A DNA stretch of 64,000 nt from Methanobacteriota archaeon. GTDB taxonomy: Archaea; Thermoplasmatota; Poseidoniia; Poseidoniales; Poseidoniaceae. The stretch covers positions 16,108 to 80,107 of the forward strand of contig PBDU01000018.1 in the NCBI GenBank assembly GCA_002718195.1, read 5' to 3'. Every line of letters begins with the position of its first letter. The first letter of the stretch is position 1. The notes beneath the pieces were generated by a model, which was not told where the DNA came from, did not search any database, and saw nothing but the letters and a program-made list of their open reading frames with translations. This document shows positions 50,122-60,206 of this stretch, piece by piece. A program made the position numbers and the translations under genes.

Positions 50122-51231
50122 ATGGGCGGCTCATTGATTCGGACAGCATTGTACTCAGAGCACTTAAAATCTAATGCAAATATAGTGGACTTCCACGGAT
50201 TTGAGCTGCCAATTTGGTATACCAGTATCAAAGAGGAGCACCTGGCATGCAGGTCTGGTGCAGGAATATTTGATGTGTCCCACATGGGTTCGTTCAGATT
50301 TACTGGTGCAAATGTCCGGGCCTGGCTTGAAACCCTGTCAACTCAAAAGGTGACATCAATTACTCCTGGTAGATGTGCTTACACGCATTTCCTAGACGAT
50401 AATGGGTATCTTATTGATGATATGATCTTTGCAGTAGTGTCGGAAAACGAAATTTTGGGCGTACCTAATGCAAGTATGATCGACGTTATGTGGGATTGGT
50501 TCATCTCCCATTTACCTGAAGACGGTTCTATCATCTTAGAAAACTTAAGCACGGATACATCCATCGTAGCTTTGCAAGGTCCAAAGTCGAAAGAAATAAT
50601 CACAGATGCACTCGGGGAAGATTCTCATGTTGGTCGTTTCAAATGGAAGGAAATTCCTGAGAACAAACTTGGCATTACCGGATGGATTCAAGGCACAGGT
50701 TATACGGGTGAATCAGGGTATGAAATATTCGTTCCTAATTCGGATTCTCCTGTTCTGTGGAACTCCCTATTGAATGCAGGGGCAACACCTGTTGGATTAG
50801 GTGCAAGAGATACCCTTAGGTTGGAAAAAGGATTCTTACTCTCTGGAGTAGATTTCTGCTGGCCAGAGTTGCCTGAGGCAGATGACTTCCTTGCTAGAGA
50901 TTCATGGGAATCTAATGTTCCGTTTGGTTGGGGATTCGACCACCAATACATTGGGAAGGGTAAAGTGGAATCCCATTCGCAAACCGATGCAAGACTCTTG
51001 GGAATTAAGTACACAGGGAAAGGACCACTCCCTCGTCCGGGTAAAATCGTCACAGATTTAGAGGGGAATAAAATTGGTATGTTGACTTCAGGCGCTCCTT
51101 CACCTTCCCTTGGAAATGTTGGAATTGGGATGGGTTATATCTCTGGAGTAGTAGAAGGAGATAAGGTTTTGATAGTCGCATCTGAGAGACGTTCTGTCGA
51201 GGCAATAATCGTCACACCGCCTTTCATTTGA
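50122..51231 (+). CDS. gcvT: Glycine cleavage system aminomethyltransferase T
   Basis: FDVSHMG, IDD, ALQGPKS, TGYTGESGYE, GLGARDTLRLEKG. Confidence 0.93.
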   Translation: MGGSLIRTALYSEHLKSNANIVDFHGFELPIWYTSIKEEHLACRSGAGIFDVSHMGSFRFTGANVRAWLETLSTQKVTSITPGRCAYTHFLDDNGYLIDDMIFAVVSENEILGVPNASMIDVMWDWFISHLPEDGSIILENLSTDTSIVALQGPKSKEIITDALGEDSHVGRFKWKEIPENKLGITGWIQGTGYTGESGYEIFVPNSDSPVLWNSLLNAGATPVGLGARDTLRLEKGFLLSGVDFCWPELPEADDFLARDSWESNVPFGWGFDHQYIGKGKVESHSQTDARLLGIKYTGKGPLPRPGKIVTDLEGNKIGMLTSGAPSPSLGNVGIGMGYISGVVEGDKVLIVASERRSVEAIIVTPPFI

Positions 51232-51347
51232 GTAGTATTTTCCTCGAGAAAAATTACTTTCTATTTTATCGTGTATTACTGTTCAAGCACATAGATTATG
51301 ACTTGCCGATTTCTAGCCGGGTTGCCTTAGGCGTTAGTGGTGATGTT

Positions 51348-52724
51348 ATGGTAGACCAGTTACCTAATCTTGGAAGAGAAAAAGAAATGCTAGAAGCCAT
51401 GGGGATGAAAGAAATTGCGGATTTGTTTTCTGATTTACCCAAAGAAGTTGTTATGGACCAAGAACTACCACTTCCAGCACCACAAAGCGAGGAAGAAATC
51501 CTGCATGATGCAAGAAGATTACTCGGAGGAAATGTCCCATTAGAGCAAAGAACATCGTTTCTGGGTGCAGGGTTGTACCAGAACTTTGTACCTTCAGCAA
51601 TCTTCCAACTTATCACTAGGGGAGAATTCCTCACCTCTTACACTCCGTATCAACCTGAGGTTAGCCAAGGAATGCTTCAGTCTATGTGGGAATTCCAAAC
51701 TCTGATCTCAGAGTTGGTTGAACTTCCTATTGCAAACTTGAGTATGTATGATGGTTCCACGGCTGCTGCTGAGGCTCTAACAACTGCAGTAAGGGTTCTA
51801 AACAGAAAAGCTGAGCAAAAAGATACAGTCTATGTTTCTCGTTTGGTGCCACCAGATAGAATGTCTGTAATCTACAATTACACCCAAGGGGCTGAGATCA
51901 AAATTGAATACATCGAACACAACCAAGATGGAAGCATCAACATGGATTCGCTGGAAAAGGCAAGAGGCTCGTGTGGAATTTACGTGGAATATCCGAATGC
52001 TTTAGGAATAATTGATGAAGGTATGAAGCAAGTTAAGGAAATCATTGGTGATGTAACTGCATTTATCATCGGAGCAACACCATTAGCTCTTGGTCTGATA
52101 GAAGCACCTGGCAAATTCGGAGCAGACATAGTTGTCGGGGAAGGACAAGCATTTGGTTCACCAATTACAGGCGGTGGTCCAATCTATGGTTTCTTTGCTG
52201 TAACCAAGCCGTTCCTCAGACAGATGCCTGGAAGAATTGTTGGAAAATCTATTGATGTTGATGGTAATGAGGCATTTTGCTTGACTCTATCTACGAGAGA
52301 ACAGCACATCAGAAGACAAAGAGCCACATCTAATATCTGTTCTAATGAGACATTGATTGCACTAATGGGTGCAATGCACATGGCATTATTAGGTCCAGAA
52401 GGGCTTGAAAAACTGGCTTACAGAAACCTAGCAGCGATGCAGATGCTGAAAGATAAATTATCTGCGGTAGAGAACATATCAATCCCACACGGAGATTCTT
52501 TCCACTTCAATGAGTTCGTTATTGAGTTGCCAAAATCTGCTTCTTCATGCATTACAGAATTGGATGAGTTCGGAGTAATCGCTGGAATGGATATGGCTGC
52601 TTGGGGGCTGAATGAGAATTGGCTGTTGGTAACTTGCACTGACCAAACAACAGAGGTTGATATCGAGGAGTTCGTTGATATCTTGAGTGCTTGGGCAAAC
52701 GATGAATTGGAGGTGTTGCAATGA
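51348..52724 (+). CDS. gcvPA: Glycine dehydrogenase subunit 1
   Basis: FLGAG, TSYTPYQPEVSQG, SMYDG, TREQHIRR.RATSNICSN; GGTGA RBS before ATG 51348. Confidence 0.94.
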   Translation: MVDQLPNLGREKEMLEAMGMKEIADLFSDLPKEVVMDQELPLPAPQSEEEILHDARRLLGGNVPLEQRTSFLGAGLYQNFVPSAIFQLITRGEFLTSYTPYQPEVSQGMLQSMWEFQTLISELVELPIANLSMYDGSTAAAEALTTAVRVLNRKAEQKDTVYVSRLVPPDRMSVIYNYTQGAEIKIEYIEHNQDGSINMDSLEKARGSCGIYVEYPNALGIIDEGMKQVKEIIGDVTAFIIGATPLALGLIEAPGKFGADIVVGEGQAFGSPITGGGPIYGFFAVTKPFLRQMPGRIVGKSIDVDGNEAFCLTLSTREQHIRRQRATSNICSNETLIALMGAMHMALLGPEGLEKLAYRNLAAMQMLKDKLSAVENISIPHGDSFHFNEFVIELPKSASSCITELDEFGVIAGMDMAAWGLNENWLLVTCTDQTTEVDIEEFVDILSAWANDELEVLQ

Positions 52725-54217
52725 GTCATTTGTTCGAATTTAACGGGGCAGAAGGCAAAGGTTACTCTCAACCCTCGCCGATAATGGATGTCTCAAAACT
52801 CAAACTTCCAGGGTCTATGAGGAGGGAATCACTACCTCGTTGGCCTAGAGTATCAGAGCCTGAAATGGTAAGGCATTACACCTGGCTATCAAAGAGAAAT
52901 TTCGGTATTGATACTGGTTTTTATCCACTCGGTAGTTGTACAATGAAGCACAATCCAAGAGTAAACGAAGCTATTGCTCAAATGCCGGGTATTGCAAATA
53001 TTCATCCACATCAACCAGAATCACATCTTCAAGGATTGCTTTCAATCTATCATGAGATGCAAGAGATGTTGGCAATTTGTGCAGGTATGGATGCTGTAAC
53101 TCTACAGCCGGTTGCAGGAGCTCAAGGGGAATTTACTGCAATCCGATGCTTCCAAGAATATTTCAGAAAGACTGGACAGACCCAAAGAACCAAGGTAATC
53201 GTTCCAGATTCCGCTCACGGAACCAATCCTGCTAGTGCTTCGATGTGCGGGTTTGAAATCATCGAAATTCCTTCATCCGCAGATGGAAGGCTGGATTTAG
53301 ATGCACTTAGAGCAGTAGTTGGTGAAGATACTGCTGCAATGATGATCACTAACCCAAACACGCTGGGTATCTTTGAAGCAGATGTTGTGGAAGCATCTCA
53401 AATAATCCACGATGCTGGAGGTTTGATGTATTATGATGGAGCGAACTTTAACGCAATTCTAGGCTGGACAAATCCTGGATTGATGGGCTTTGATGCAGTC
53501 CATTACAACCTACACAAGACCTTCAGTCAACCCCACGGCGGTGGAGGACCGGGAAGTGGTCCAATTGGTGTCAAAGCCCATCTGGCAGAATTCTTGCCTT
53601 CTCCGATAGTCGGTAAGAGGGAGATAGAATCAGAGGATGAACACCTGTATGCAGTTGATGATTGCTGGTACACCTGGCAGACTCCAGAATCGACTATCGG
53701 TAAAGTCCAACAATGGCATGGTAATGCTGGAGCGGTTGTCAGATGTTGGGCATATTACAGAAGATATGGAAGAGATCTGAAAACAATGTCTGAGCATGCG
53801 GTACTGAATGCGAATTATTTGCGTCATGCAATCCTCACAAAAGCTGAGGAGGCAGGCGTTACTCACATGTTTGTAGAAGGAGCACCAATCAACGTTTGTA
53901 AGCACGAGTTCACAATTTCGATGTCCCCCGCTAAAGAAAGTATGGGAATCTCTGCAATGGATGTTGCAAAGGGACTTCTTGATATGGGATACATGGCTCC
54001 AACAGTTTACTTCCCACAAATTGTACCTGAATGTTTGATGATTGAACCAACCGAAACAGAATCAAAAGAGACACTGGATGAATTTGCAACAAATTTCATC
54101 AAAGTTCTGCAGACAGATGCCGAAGCATTGCATGAATCCCCAACAACGACTCCTGTTAGAAGAGTTGACGAGGTATATGCTGCTCGTAATCTAATTTTGA
54201 GATATGAAATGGATTGA
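52721..54217 (+). CDS. gcvPB: Glycine dehydrogenase subunit 2
   Basis: YPLGSCTMKHNP, SAHGTNPAS, NLHKTF..PHGGGGPG, MIEPTETES. Confidence 0.95.
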   Translation: MSHLFEFNGAEGKGYSQPSPIMDVSKLKLPGSMRRESLPRWPRVSEPEMVRHYTWLSKRNFGIDTGFYPLGSCTMKHNPRVNEAIAQMPGIANIHPHQPESHLQGLLSIYHEMQEMLAICAGMDAVTLQPVAGAQGEFTAIRCFQEYFRKTGQTQRTKVIVPDSAHGTNPASASMCGFEIIEIPSSADGRLDLDALRAVVGEDTAAMMITNPNTLGIFEADVVEASQIIHDAGGLMYYDGANFNAILGWTNPGLMGFDAVHYNLHKTFSQPHGGGGPGSGPIGVKAHLAEFLPSPIVGKREIESEDEHLYAVDDCWYTWQTPESTIGKVQQWHGNAGAVVRCWAYYRRYGRDLKTMSEHAVLNANYLRHAILTKAEEAGVTHMFVEGAPINVCKHEFTISMSPAKESMGISAMDVAKGLLDMGYMAPTVYFPQIVPECLMIEPTETESKETLDEFATNFIKVLQTDAEALHESPTTTPVRRVDEVYAARNLILRYEMD

Positions 54218-54269
54218 TGAGTTCAAGATTGTCATGAATCTTATTAAACGATAATTATGCCTTCAAACT

Positions 54270-54836
54270 ATGACAGGTGTGTGGGTAAGACAGAACACAC
54301 CGGTTGGTGCGGGCTCTGCAATTTTTCCTAATGCCTATGCAATGTTATTTTCCGTTCTTGCAATACTGCTCAGTTTTCTGGAATATGGAATTATAACTAC
54401 CATTCTAGGATCCATTGCATTTATTTTGGTGGTAGTTCCGATGTATCTGCTAAAAGAAGTAGTCATCTCTCCTAAGTATCACCTATATTTTTGGATATAT
54501 GTTGTGAGTTGTTTGGTATTGATTTACGCATCAGTAGATGATGTTTCATTCTCCACTCCAGTTCTTGCATTGTTTGCATTAAGTGGGATAATACTGCAAA
54601 ATCAACAATATTCTAACTACTATTTCTATGAATTTGAGGGCAAGGATGGTAGCAAAGATTTCAGCAATATATTAATCGAAAATGGCTGGAATCGAATTGC
54701 AAACGACAAACATGATTACGTTCTAAGGGATAATGGTCGAAATAATTACATTCGCATATCCTCTAAATTAACAGCACAATTGGTCTTGGATTTTGATTCT
54801 CGAGATTTACCTAAGCCGGAAGCTGAAGAAGAGTAA
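54270..54836 (+). CDS. Hypothetical membrane protein
   Basis: About four TM segments then a soluble tail. Confidence 0.65.
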   Translation: MTGVWVRQNTPVGAGSAIFPNAYAMLFSVLAILLSFLEYGIITTILGSIAFILVVVPMYLLKEVVISPKYHLYFWIYVVSCLVLIYASVDDVSFSTPVLALFALSGIILQNQQYSNYYFYEFEGKDGSKDFSNILIENGWNRIANDKHDYVLRDNGRNNYIRISSKLTAQLVLDFDSRDLPKPEAEEE

Positions 54837-54871
54837 TCACTTTCAGTTTACTCCCCGCTTATCATTTATGT

Positions 54872-55474
54872 ATGCTAATTCAATGCGACCTTGTTATGTC
54901 TTCTTGTTTACCTATGGATGTGCTTGGAGTTACCAAATCAATACTTAGTGGAAATGATTCTCATTCGTGGATTCAATCTATTCTGATGACCGAGGATGAC
55001 AAGAGAAAACTAATTCGTGATATAGATAAATTAACACATATTTTACTTAATAGTCAAGAAAAAATCAGATTACGTAAATTGATTAATTCAAAAACTAAGG
55101 ACATACTACCTTTTTACGAAGTGAATAATGCACTCGCTAGAAATAGCCTGCAAACATCTTCAAAAAAATTAGTTGAATCATATATCTTCAATGGAGAATT
55201 AAATTTTGACTCCTTGGAGTACATGTCTGGAAAAATGATTCTTAATTACGAATTCGATAGGGCAATTACTTCGCTAAAGGCAGGAAGAGAGTGGCCAGAA
55301 AATCATTTTCATATCGAAGATTATCCTATTTGGTATCTGAACACATTCATCAAATGCATAAGGTCGATGCTCACGGAGAAATTGATTTATCTTTACACAG
55401 CATCTACGAAAACAAAAGAAAATTGCATTATTTGGAAAGTTGAAAATAAATCTTGCAAGCCTGTAAAAATATGA
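54872..55474 (+). CDS. Hypothetical protein (AT-rich)
   Basis: 200 aa ORF filling the gap; no motif; start uncertain. Confidence 0.55.
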   Translation: MLIQCDLVMSSCLPMDVLGVTKSILSGNDSHSWIQSILMTEDDKRKLIRDIDKLTHILLNSQEKIRLRKLINSKTKDILPFYEVNNALARNSLQTSSKKLVESYIFNGELNFDSLEYMSGKMILNYEFDRAITSLKAGREWPENHFHIEDYPIWYLNTFIKCIRSMLTEKLIYLYTASTKTKENCIIWKVENKSCKPVKI

Positions 55475-55542
55475 CGCTGTGCTTGATTTCTTGAAAATTC
55501 ATTATCGGATTATTCAAGAACCTAATTCTGTTGCCTTGGGAT

Positions 55543-56022
55543 ATGGATGTAACAATACTTCTTGGGTCCAAATCGGACATGCCTGTTGCCGAAAAGTGTA
55601 CAAAAATTCTGGAGCACTTCGATGTTCCTTACCAATTGAGAGTCGCAAGCGCTCATCGCTCCCCTAAATTTGTTGAGTCAATCGTTTCTGATGCAGAAGA
55701 AAGTGGTTGCACCGTCTTCATTGCAATGGCTGGACTTGCTGCTGCTCTTCCCGGTGCAGTTGCTGCTATCACAACTAAGCCAGTAATCGGTGTTCCATGC
55801 GGTGGAAGAGTTCCATATGATTCTCTTCTTTCAATTGCTCAACTACCACCTGGTGTACCTGCAGCAACCGTTGGTGTCGACAGAGGAGATAACGCAGGTT
55901 ACCTTGCTGTCCAAATGCTTGCTCTTGCCAATGACAAATATGCTGCTGCACTCAAGCAGAACAAACTAGACCAAATTGAGAAAGTCAAGCAAATGGATAG
56001 AGAAGTGAACGGAGGAGTTTGA
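55543..56022 (+). CDS. purE: N5-CAIR mutase / AIR carboxylase PurE
   Basis: GSKSD, SAHRSP, AGLAAALPG, PVIGVP, PPGVP. Confidence 0.95.
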   Translation: MDVTILLGSKSDMPVAEKCTKILEHFDVPYQLRVASAHRSPKFVESIVSDAEESGCTVFIAMAGLAAALPGAVAAITTKPVIGVPCGGRVPYDSLLSIAQLPPGVPAATVGVDRGDNAGYLAVQMLALANDKYAAALKQNKLDQIEKVKQMDREVNGGV

Positions 56023-56023
56023 G

Positions 56024-56971
56024 GTGTTTGATGCCCAATCCTTCATCGAGGAATCGATTGAAGAGTTGAAGGCAAAAATTACCCAAACTGCGATCATTGC
56101 TTGCTCAGGCGGAGTTGATTCCACAGTTGCTGCGGTCCTTGCCCATAGAGCGGTTGGAGATTTATTGCACTGCGTATACGTAGATACAGGATTTATGCGA
56201 AAGGGAGAAACCCAAGAAGTCGAGCAAATGTTTGCAGATGCGGGAATTGACCTAATCACAGTAGATGCAAGTGACAGATATTTTGATGCCTTGGTTGGAG
56301 TTACCGAACCAGAGCACAAGAGAAAGGTAATCGGAGAGATGTTCATCAGAATTTTCGAAGAAGAACAAGTCAAGGTCGATGCCCATTGTTTAGTTCAAGG
56401 AACAATTGCTCCTGACTGGATTGAGTCAGGTGGCGGAGTTAGAGACACAATCAAATCACATCACAATGTTGGCGGACTACCAGAAGATATGACTTTGGAA
56501 GTCGTAGAACCATTGAGAGAATTGTACAAAGATGAAGTTAGGGATTTAGCAAGGGCACTAGGAATCAAAGTTGCCGAGCGTCAACCCTTCCCAGGACCAG
56601 GTCTAGCTGTAAGAACGCTTGGTGACTTAACCAAAGAAAGAGTAGCGGTGGTTAGAGAGTGCTGTGCCATAGTTGAGGAAGAATTCCAAGCGGCTTCTGA
56701 AAGGGGTGAAATGGACCTTCCGTGGCAGTATTATGCTGCATTACTTCCTGTTCGTAGCGTAGGTGTGCATGGGGATGTTCGTGCCTATGGTGAAACAATC
56801 GTTGTAAGGGCTGTAAAATCAATGGACGGAATGTCGGCTAGATATTCGGAAATTCCTCACTCCATTCTCCAAAAAGTTTCAACAAAGATAACCAATGCTT
56901 GCAAGGGTGCTGTCAACAGAGTAGTCTACGATATTACCCACAAACCACCAGGTACAATCGAGTGGGAATGA
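56024..56971 (+). CDS. guaAB: GMP synthase subunit B (ATP pyrophosphatase)
   Basis: SGGVDS, QGTIAPDWIES, IKSHHNVGGLP, PFPGPGLAVR, KPPGTIEWE; no glutaminase domain. Confidence 0.94.
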   Translation: MFDAQSFIEESIEELKAKITQTAIIACSGGVDSTVAAVLAHRAVGDLLHCVYVDTGFMRKGETQEVEQMFADAGIDLITVDASDRYFDALVGVTEPEHKRKVIGEMFIRIFEEEQVKVDAHCLVQGTIAPDWIESGGGVRDTIKSHHNVGGLPEDMTLEVVEPLRELYKDEVRDLARALGIKVAERQPFPGPGLAVRTLGDLTKERVAVVRECCAIVEEEFQAASERGEMDLPWQYYAALLPVRSVGVHGDVRAYGETIVVRAVKSMDGMSARYSEIPHSILQKVSTKITNACKGAVNRVVYDITHKPPGTIEWE

Positions 56972-57053
56972 TCAAGAATTTTCATCTCAGTGAATTAAAT
57001 TGCAACACAAAATAGGCGAATCCGTCATATATGGGATGCTTGTCGGCGAAGTT

Positions 57054-57129
57054 GCCGATTTAGCTTAGCTGGTGGAGCGTGGGACTGTTAATCCCAAGGT
57101 CATGGGTTCGAACCCCATAATCGGCGCCA
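57054..57129 (+). tRNA. tRNA-Asn (GTT), intronless, CCA encoded
   Basis: Acceptor GCCGATT/AATCGGC, anticodon arm TGGGA-CTGTTAA-TCCCA, T arm ATGGG-TTCGAAC-CCCAT, discriminator G then CCA. Confidence 0.96.
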
Positions 57130-57136
57130 ATCATTA

Positions 57137-58477
57137 TCAATTGGACATTTGTTTTGAACCGATTCTAGCAATCAGTCTTGAATCAGTTTTCTGTGGCTGA
57201 GTCTCGATTAACCTAAAGGAATTTTGAATTATTGAAACCTCTTCCGAGGTAGGTTTGTAATCGTAATACATGGTTAACAACGCTTCATCAGATTCAACCT
57301 TTGAGCCCTCATTTTTGTGCAGTATGTACCCCGTAAATTGGTTAATTTCCTCTCCAAAGACGAACCTTCCTGCTTTGTGCTTTCTTGCTATTTTTGCAAG
57401 TTCCATCGCATCGATACTCTCGACATATCCAGAGTTTGTTGCTTTTATTTCCAAATAATCATCTCCAAGCAAAACATCAGGATTGGAGATTACATTATCG
57501 ATGTAGGATCCTTCGACTCCTTGATTAACACACATTTCCCTAAATTTTCGAATGACGTTGCCTGATTTCATTTCTTTATCCATCTTCGAAAGTATAGTTT
57601 GATCATCACTGTACAATCCTGATAATTTGAGCAGGTCTAGTGCTTGGAGATACACAATGTCTCTGCAATCTGTATTTTCTTGTTCACATTTCATCACTAA
57701 AATTGATTCAATCACTTCCAATGAATTTCCAATGTAATCACCAATTGGGTTAGACATATCAGTTATCTGGGCAATGCAATCTATTCCAAGTAATTGGGCA
57801 ACCTTTTGCATAGAGGAAGCAAGGGCTTTTGCATCATCTTGATTTTTCATGAATGCAGCATCTCCGCATTTTACATCCAATACAAGGCAATCTAAACCTT
57901 CTGCTGCCTTCTTAGAAATAATCGAGGCTGTAATCAGTGGAATAGAGTCAATTGTATGACTGATATCTCTTAGGGCATAAAGTAAGGAGTCAGCAGGTGC
58001 AATTTCACTTGACTGTGCGCTTATGCAACAGCCCACAGTTTCAAGAGATGCAGCCATTTCCTCTGGTGTTAAGTCAGTCCTAAATCCAGTCAATGATTCC
58101 AATTTGTCAATTGTTCCTCCAGTATGCCCTAAACCTCTGCCAGCAAGCATTGGCACCTTGAGTCCACAACAGGCCAAGAGTGGTGCCAATATTAATGACA
58201 TTTTGTCACCGACTCCTCCGGTACTATGTTTGTCAACTACAATGTTTTGATAATCTGGCCATTCGAGAACACTTCCTGAATGCATCATCTTTTGTGTCAA
58301 AAAAGCAGTATCTTCAGGTGATATCGAATTCTCATGAACAGCCTTTAGCCAGGTGATTGCTTGTTCATTTGGTATGCTTCTATTAGCCACTGCATCAATA
58401 AATTTCGAAAGCAGTTCACGATCTTGAGCCTTCTTATCCTTAATTGCCGAAACTAAAGTATCGACAATTTCTTGCAT
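57137..58477 (-). CDS. deoA: Thymidine / pyrimidine-nucleoside phosphorylase
   Basis: DKHSTGGVGDK, GRGLGHTGGTIDKLES, LYALRD, SIPLITASIISKK, DVKCG..AFM. Confidence 0.9.
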   Translation of the reverse strand: MQEIVDTLVSAIKDKKAQDRELLSKFIDAVANRSIPNEQAITWLKAVHENSISPEDTAFLTQKMMHSGSVLEWPDYQNIVVDKHSTGGVGDKMSLILAPLLACCGLKVPMLAGRGLGHTGGTIDKLESLTGFRTDLTPEEMAASLETVGCCISAQSSEIAPADSLLYALRDISHTIDSIPLITASIISKKAAEGLDCLVLDVKCGDAAFMKNQDDAKALASSMQKVAQLLGIDCIAQITDMSNPIGDYIGNSLEVIESILVMKCEQENTDCRDIVYLQALDLLKLSGLYSDDQTILSKMDKEMKSGNVIRKFREMCVNQGVEGSYIDNVISNPDVLLGDDYLEIKATNSGYVESIDAMELAKIARKHKAGRFVFGEEINQFTGYILHKNEGSKVESDEALLTMYYDYKPTSEEVSIIQNSFRLIETQPQKTDSRLIARIGSKQMSN

Positions 58478-58479
58478 TT

Positions 58480-59415
58480 TTATTCCTCAATTAGACCGAT
58501 TTCGACCAATCTTTGGTGCAAGAATTCACCAGCGGTAATGCCTTCATATTCAGCGACTCCAGTGGTTGCATGTATGAATTTTTCATGTGGTGTTAAATCT
58601 ATTTCATTGCGTGGATGAACGAACATTGGCATTGAATATCTAGACGTTGAATTATCTTCTGGATTTACCACTCGATGGGTGGTTGATTTGAACAAACCAT
58701 TTGTCAAGTTTTGAATCATATCTCCTGAATCGACAACGATTTTGTCTGAGCCTGCTTTCACATCATGCCATTTGCCTTCATTGTCTAAAACCTGCAAACC
58801 AGAGGCTGTGGAGCCGACTAACAGAGTGATGAAATTGATATCTTCATGTTGAGCAGACCTAACCGCACCAGGTTCGGCACCAATAGTTGGTGGATAGTGA
58901 ATCAGCCTCATGATGGTATTTCCCTCAATTGCCATTTCCGGCAGCCAATTTTCCTGCATACCCAAATACAATGATGCGGCTTTGAGTAATTCTTTTGACA
59001 AATCTTCCATTTTGTCGTATAGTGGATCAAATGACTGTCTGAATTGAGGTACTTCCTCGTCCGGCCATACGTTTTGAGGATAAGTTGCAGAACTATTGTT
59101 TGTGGTTCTTCCTGTCTGCCAGAATTCCTTCAAATCTGGAATGTTAGTATCCTTTGCATGCTCAGTTCCGAACGGAGTCCAACCTCTTTGGTGACCAATA
59201 TCTGATAATTTGTACCTTGATTTTTGATTCCTATCTAGGGCAAAAAAATCCGCTCCAGTTGAATAGGTTGAATCAATGAGCTCCTGTGGGATCCCGTGGT
59301 TTGATAGTGAAAAGAAACCTATGTCGGAAAGCGCATCTCCCAGTTTTTTTACAAACTCACCCTTGGTTTCATCCTTGAGCCATAACCTGTAGTCGATTTC
59401 TGGGACTTTGCTCAT
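58480..59415 (-). CDS. 2-oxoglutarate/Fe(II) dioxygenase, isopenicillin N synthase (PcbC) family
   Basis: GFF..NHG, DLKE, RLIHYPP, HED (HxD), STTHRV, RYSMPMF (RxS). Confidence 0.9.
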   Translation of the reverse strand: MSKVPEIDYRLWLKDETKGEFVKKLGDALSDIGFFSLSNHGIPQELIDSTYSTGADFFALDRNQKSRYKLSDIGHQRGWTPFGTEHAKDTNIPDLKEFWQTGRTTNNSSATYPQNVWPDEEVPQFRQSFDPLYDKMEDLSKELLKAASLYLGMQENWLPEMAIEGNTIMRLIHYPPTIGAEPGAVRSAQHEDINFITLLVGSTASGLQVLDNEGKWHDVKAGSDKIVVDSGDMIQNLTNGLFKSTTHRVVNPEDNSTSRYSMPMFVHPRNEIDLTPHEKFIHATTGVAEYEGITAGEFLHQRLVEIGLIEE

Positions 59416-59424
59416 CCTATTCCC

Positions 59425-60168
59425 TCATCTCTTTGATGCCAGCTTCATTAGTAATCTCAAGACTTCGAAATAAATCCAAACAACTGATACCAATAATCCA
59501 TGAGCACCATACCACTCATACTTTTGAGCAGAACCACCTTTTATACCATTTTCAATGAATGTGAAATCTGACAATAAGGTAAGGGATGCAATTGCAATTA
59601 TGACAACTGAAATCCCAATTCCTATCGGTCCATTAGAGTGAAGGAAAGGAACTTCTAAGTTAGTTCCTGCCAAGAATAAAACCATTTGAATTAGGTAAAC
59701 AAACATGATTGCCATCACCGCAGAACCCAAAACCATGTTGAATCCTCTAGATGCTCTGAATCCCGTGAATTTGAAGAAAGCAAACATTGATCCTACTATT
59801 CCTGTAGTGATTAAGCCTGCATTTAATGCAATACCCGGATAGAACATTTCGGCAAATAGCGAAATTCCACCCACAAATAAGCCCTCAAGGAAAGCATGTG
59901 GTAGGACGACCATCTGCGGATTTTCTGGCCTTGCAATCCAAAGTACTAGTGATAGAATGAAACTTCCAATTGCCCCAACTAACCAGTACATCATCATCAT
60001 TGATGGGTTGTTAATTGCCGTTGCAAATACAACAAAAACTCCCAATAGCATTACTCCAAATAGAGTGAGTATCTTTGAGATAGTTCCCTCGAAAGTCATC
60101 CTTTGCTGAGTTTGACCATATTCCCAAAATTTTTGACTCAAGAAAGGATTTGTCGTATTCGCTACCAT
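59425..60168 (-). CDS. Bax inhibitor-1/YccA family membrane protein
   Basis: MT..GTI.K, FLEGLFVG, DF..IE, EWY.A.GL.VS.VW.Y.E.LRLL. Confidence 0.85.
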   Translation of the reverse strand: MVANTTNPFLSQKFWEYGQTQQRMTFEGTISKILTLFGVMLLGVFVVFATAINNPSMMMMYWLVGAIGSFILSLVLWIARPENPQMVVLPHAFLEGLFVGGISLFAEMFYPGIALNAGLITTGIVGSMFAFFKFTGFRASRGFNMVLGSAVMAIMFVYLIQMVLFLAGTNLEVPFLHSNGPIGIGISVVIIAIASLTLLSDFTFIENGIKGGSAQKYEWYGAHGLLVSVVWIYFEVLRLLMKLASKR

Positions 60169-60206
60169 CTTAATCGATTTTACCGATTAGGCGATAGTTT
60201 GTAAAT

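Noticed and set aside
51232-51347. Glycine riboswitch or gcvH remnant between gcvT and gcvPA
   Set aside because: AT-rich, with no aptamer consensus or lipoyl-domain motif; more likely an internal promoter (GTTCAAG at 51281). The ORF-track extension to 51228 is probably not translated
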